Shown here one piece after another: positions 62,248-64,000 of a stretch of DNA of 64,000 nucleotides; the first letter of the stretch is position 1, and every line of letters begins with the position of its first letter. Under the pieces are notes generated by a model. That model saw nothing but the letters and a program-made list of their open reading frames with translations, did not search any database and had not been told where the DNA came from. The DNA is from Sulfurimonadaceae bacterium (lineage in GTDB: Bacteria; Campylobacterota; Campylobacteria; Campylobacterales; Sulfurimonadaceae). The stretch spans positions 3,502-67,501 of the forward strand of contig JBFESZ010000002.1 in NCBI GenBank assembly GCA_041548245.1, read 5' to 3'. The position numbers were made by a program, and so were the translations under genes.

Positions 62248-64000
62248 ATGAATTTTAAGAGTATAAAATTTAGACTGATTGCATTGATGGCAGTCTCTTT
62301 ACTGGTCATCGCAGTGAGTATTGTCACCATTTCACTTTCAAAAGCTTCGGAGGCTTTGGTACAAAGTAATATGGCACTGTTGGATGCTGTCAAAGAATCT
62401 AAAACAGATCATATCGTAGACTTTTTGACAACGATCAAGTTGTTGATAGTTTCTAAATCGAGCGACATGGCTACAGCTGAGACCATCTGGTCTTTAGAAG
62501 AGAGTTTCGAAGAACTTGAGAATATTGAAGGTTTATCACTCGACAAGGTAGAGAGTTCACTGCTTGAGCATTATGAAAACGAGTATCTGAACCGTGTGAA
62601 CTATAAGATGAAGAATTCACCTCAAAGGCGTGCGACTTCTAAGTATCTCCCGAAAAATAAAAATGCTCAAGTCGCGCAATATCTCTATATCGTCGACAAC
62701 CCACATAAGTTGGGTGAAAAACATAAGTTCCAAATGAACAAGAACTATGTAAGCGAATATTCCAAAAATCATATTGAAATTCATAGAGCATATGTTGAAC
62801 TGCTGAAAAACTTTGGATTATATGATATTTTTCTGGTAAACAAAAACGGGGACGTAGTCTATTCTGTCTTCAAGGAGAAAGATTTCGGGACAAATCTTGA
62901 GACAGGTGTCTACAGTCAAACAGGGTTGGGCGAAGCTTTCAAAAAAGCCAAGAAGCTTTCTAAAGGCGGAACGATTGCCTTTGCTGACTTTAATCCGTAT
63001 GAACCATCCTATAATGAGCCGGCAATGTTCCTTGCATCTCCTGTCGTATATATGGGTGATTTTGAAGGTGCGATTATTTTTCAACTTCCAAAAGCAAAGA
63101 TCAATGAGGTCATGAACTTTGATGGTCATTATGAAAAGGCGGGGCTAGGAAAGACAGGTAAGGCGACGCTGGTCTGCGAAGATGGGTGCATGAAGAATGA
63201 TAGCCGATTTATTGCAGATATGGATAATGCTGAAGTACAGGCTTCGGGTACGACAATCGGTGTACTCAATGTGAAGTCGGCTTCAACGGAGGCGATTAGA
63301 AGAGGTGAAAGCGGATCGTGGATTATCAAAGATTACCGCGGTATAAATGTGCTTAGTTCATACAGACCGGTTGAAATATTTGGACAAAAATGGGGAATGG
63401 TTGTTGAGATAGATGAAGATGAAGTACTCGAAAGTGTCCATGGTATCCGTAATGTGATCCTGGGTATATCGATTGTCATCTTTGTTGTCCTTCTGCTCAT
63501 CAGTATTTTCCTTGTACAGCAGTTGATCGTTGCCAAACTGGCGACCCTTCAGAGTGCTGCTTATGACCTTGCAAAAGGTGAAGGTGATCTGACGCAGCGT
63601 ATCAACGTTCCTGTAGGTGACGAGATCTACGAAGTAGCAGAGAACATCAATGCATTTATTGAAAAAGTAAATACTACTGTTTCAGAAGCAAAACGCTCTT
63701 CGTATGAAAATACGGGGATAGCAAAAAAAGTTTCAGAGACCTCCCTGGTGATTCGTGGGAAAACGGAAGAAGAAGCCCGCATCGTTACGGATGTGGCAGA
63801 AGAGGGGACAGAACTGCAAAATGTACTTAGAGCCTCTATTGAGCAGGCGAAGATCACCAAGGCTGATATTGATTCTGCAGGTAGTATTCTTAAAGGTGCG
63901 AATGATCAGATCATCCACTTGGCCAACGAGGTCCAGGTGAGAGCACGTGAAGAAGTTGAGCTTGCTCAGAGGCTAGAGCAGTTAAGTTCAGATGTGACAC
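62248..64000 (+). CDS. Methyl-accepting chemotaxis protein with periplasmic dCache-like sensor, 3'-truncated by window end
   Basis: The open frame from ATG 62248 to the window edge is absent from the track because it has no stop. TM1 (LIALMAVSLLVIAVSIV), a ~270-aa periplasmic domain (…YDIFLVNKNGDVVYSVFKE…), TM2, a HAMP-like segment (LAKGEGDLTQRI), and the beginning of the MCP signalling coiled coil. Confidence 0.85.
   Translation, partial: MNFKSIKFRLIALMAVSLLVIAVSIVTISLSKASEALVQSNMALLDAVKESKTDHIVDFLTTIKLLIVSKSSDMATAETIWSLEESFEELENIEGLSLDKVESSLLEHYENEYLNRVNYKMKNSPQRRATSKYLPKNKNAQVAQYLYIVDNPHKLGEKHKFQMNKNYVSEYSKNHIEIHRAYVELLKNFGLYDIFLVNKNGDVVYSVFKEKDFGTNLETGVYSQTGLGEAFKKAKKLSKGGTIAFADFNPYEPSYNEPAMFLASPVVYMGDFEGAIIFQLPKAKINEVMNFDGHYEKAGLGKTGKATLVCEDGCMKNDSRFIADMDNAEVQASGTTIGVLNVKSASTEAIRRGESGSWIIKDYRGINVLSSYRPVEIFGQKWGMVVEIDEDEVLESVHGIRNVILGISIVIFVVLLLISIFLVQQLIVAKLATLQSAAYDLAKGEGDLTQRINVPVGDEIYEVAENINAFIEKVNTTVSEAKRSSYENTGIAKKVSETSLVIRGKTEEEARIVTDVAEEGTELQNVLRASIEQAKITKADIDSAGSILKGANDQIIHLANEVQVRAREEVELAQRLEQLSSDVT

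Overview
This is a densely coding, moderately AT-rich chromosomal segment with about 65 protein genes. I found no rRNA, tRNA, CRISPR array, transposase, integrase or phage genes. Gene content and order point to a motile, microaerobic member of the Campylobacterota (epsilonproteobacteria). The genus cannot be fixed by eye.

Two blocks match the gene order I recall from Campylobacter jejuni; this is from memory and unverified. The first is dcd-accB-accC-SurA-like-gltX. The second is purA-fliJ-like-MgtE_N-like-DUF507-carA-membrane protein-ccoNOQP-small proteins-addB-addA.

Recognisable content:
- Nitrogen and carbon metabolism: glnA plus an orphan histidine kinase, asnB, mqo, and a short-form 'large' NAD-glutamate dehydrogenase.
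- Biosynthesis and housekeeping: purE, mqnA, moaD-moaE-moeA, rdgB, uppP, hisZ-purA, carA, rplM-rpsI.
- Signalling and motility: a CheZ-like phosphatase, a REC-GGDEF-EAL protein, and a dCache chemoreceptor that runs off the 3' end of the window.
- Respiration and envelope: the cbb3 oxidase operon, and an OprD-like porin paired with a periplasmic alpha-carbonic anhydrase.

The best candidate for an undescribed system is a same-strand cluster at 18168-21559. It comprises a GAF protein, an internally duplicated DUF1538-like polytopic membrane protein, a non-canonical PII-like protein, a CBS-pair protein and a second GAF paralogue. That is three kinds of small-ligand sensor around a membrane protein of unknown function, with no enzymatic or DNA-binding output.

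Secondary items:
- A Memo-less AmmeMemoRadiSam pair with a variant AMMECR1 motif.
- A glnA-linked orphan kinase.
- An untracked 31-codon membrane ORF coupled to the cco operon.
- A perfect 39-nt palindrome in front of rplM.
- An inverted repeat in the ccoN leader.

All family assignments come from reading motifs in the translations. None has been checked by a search.
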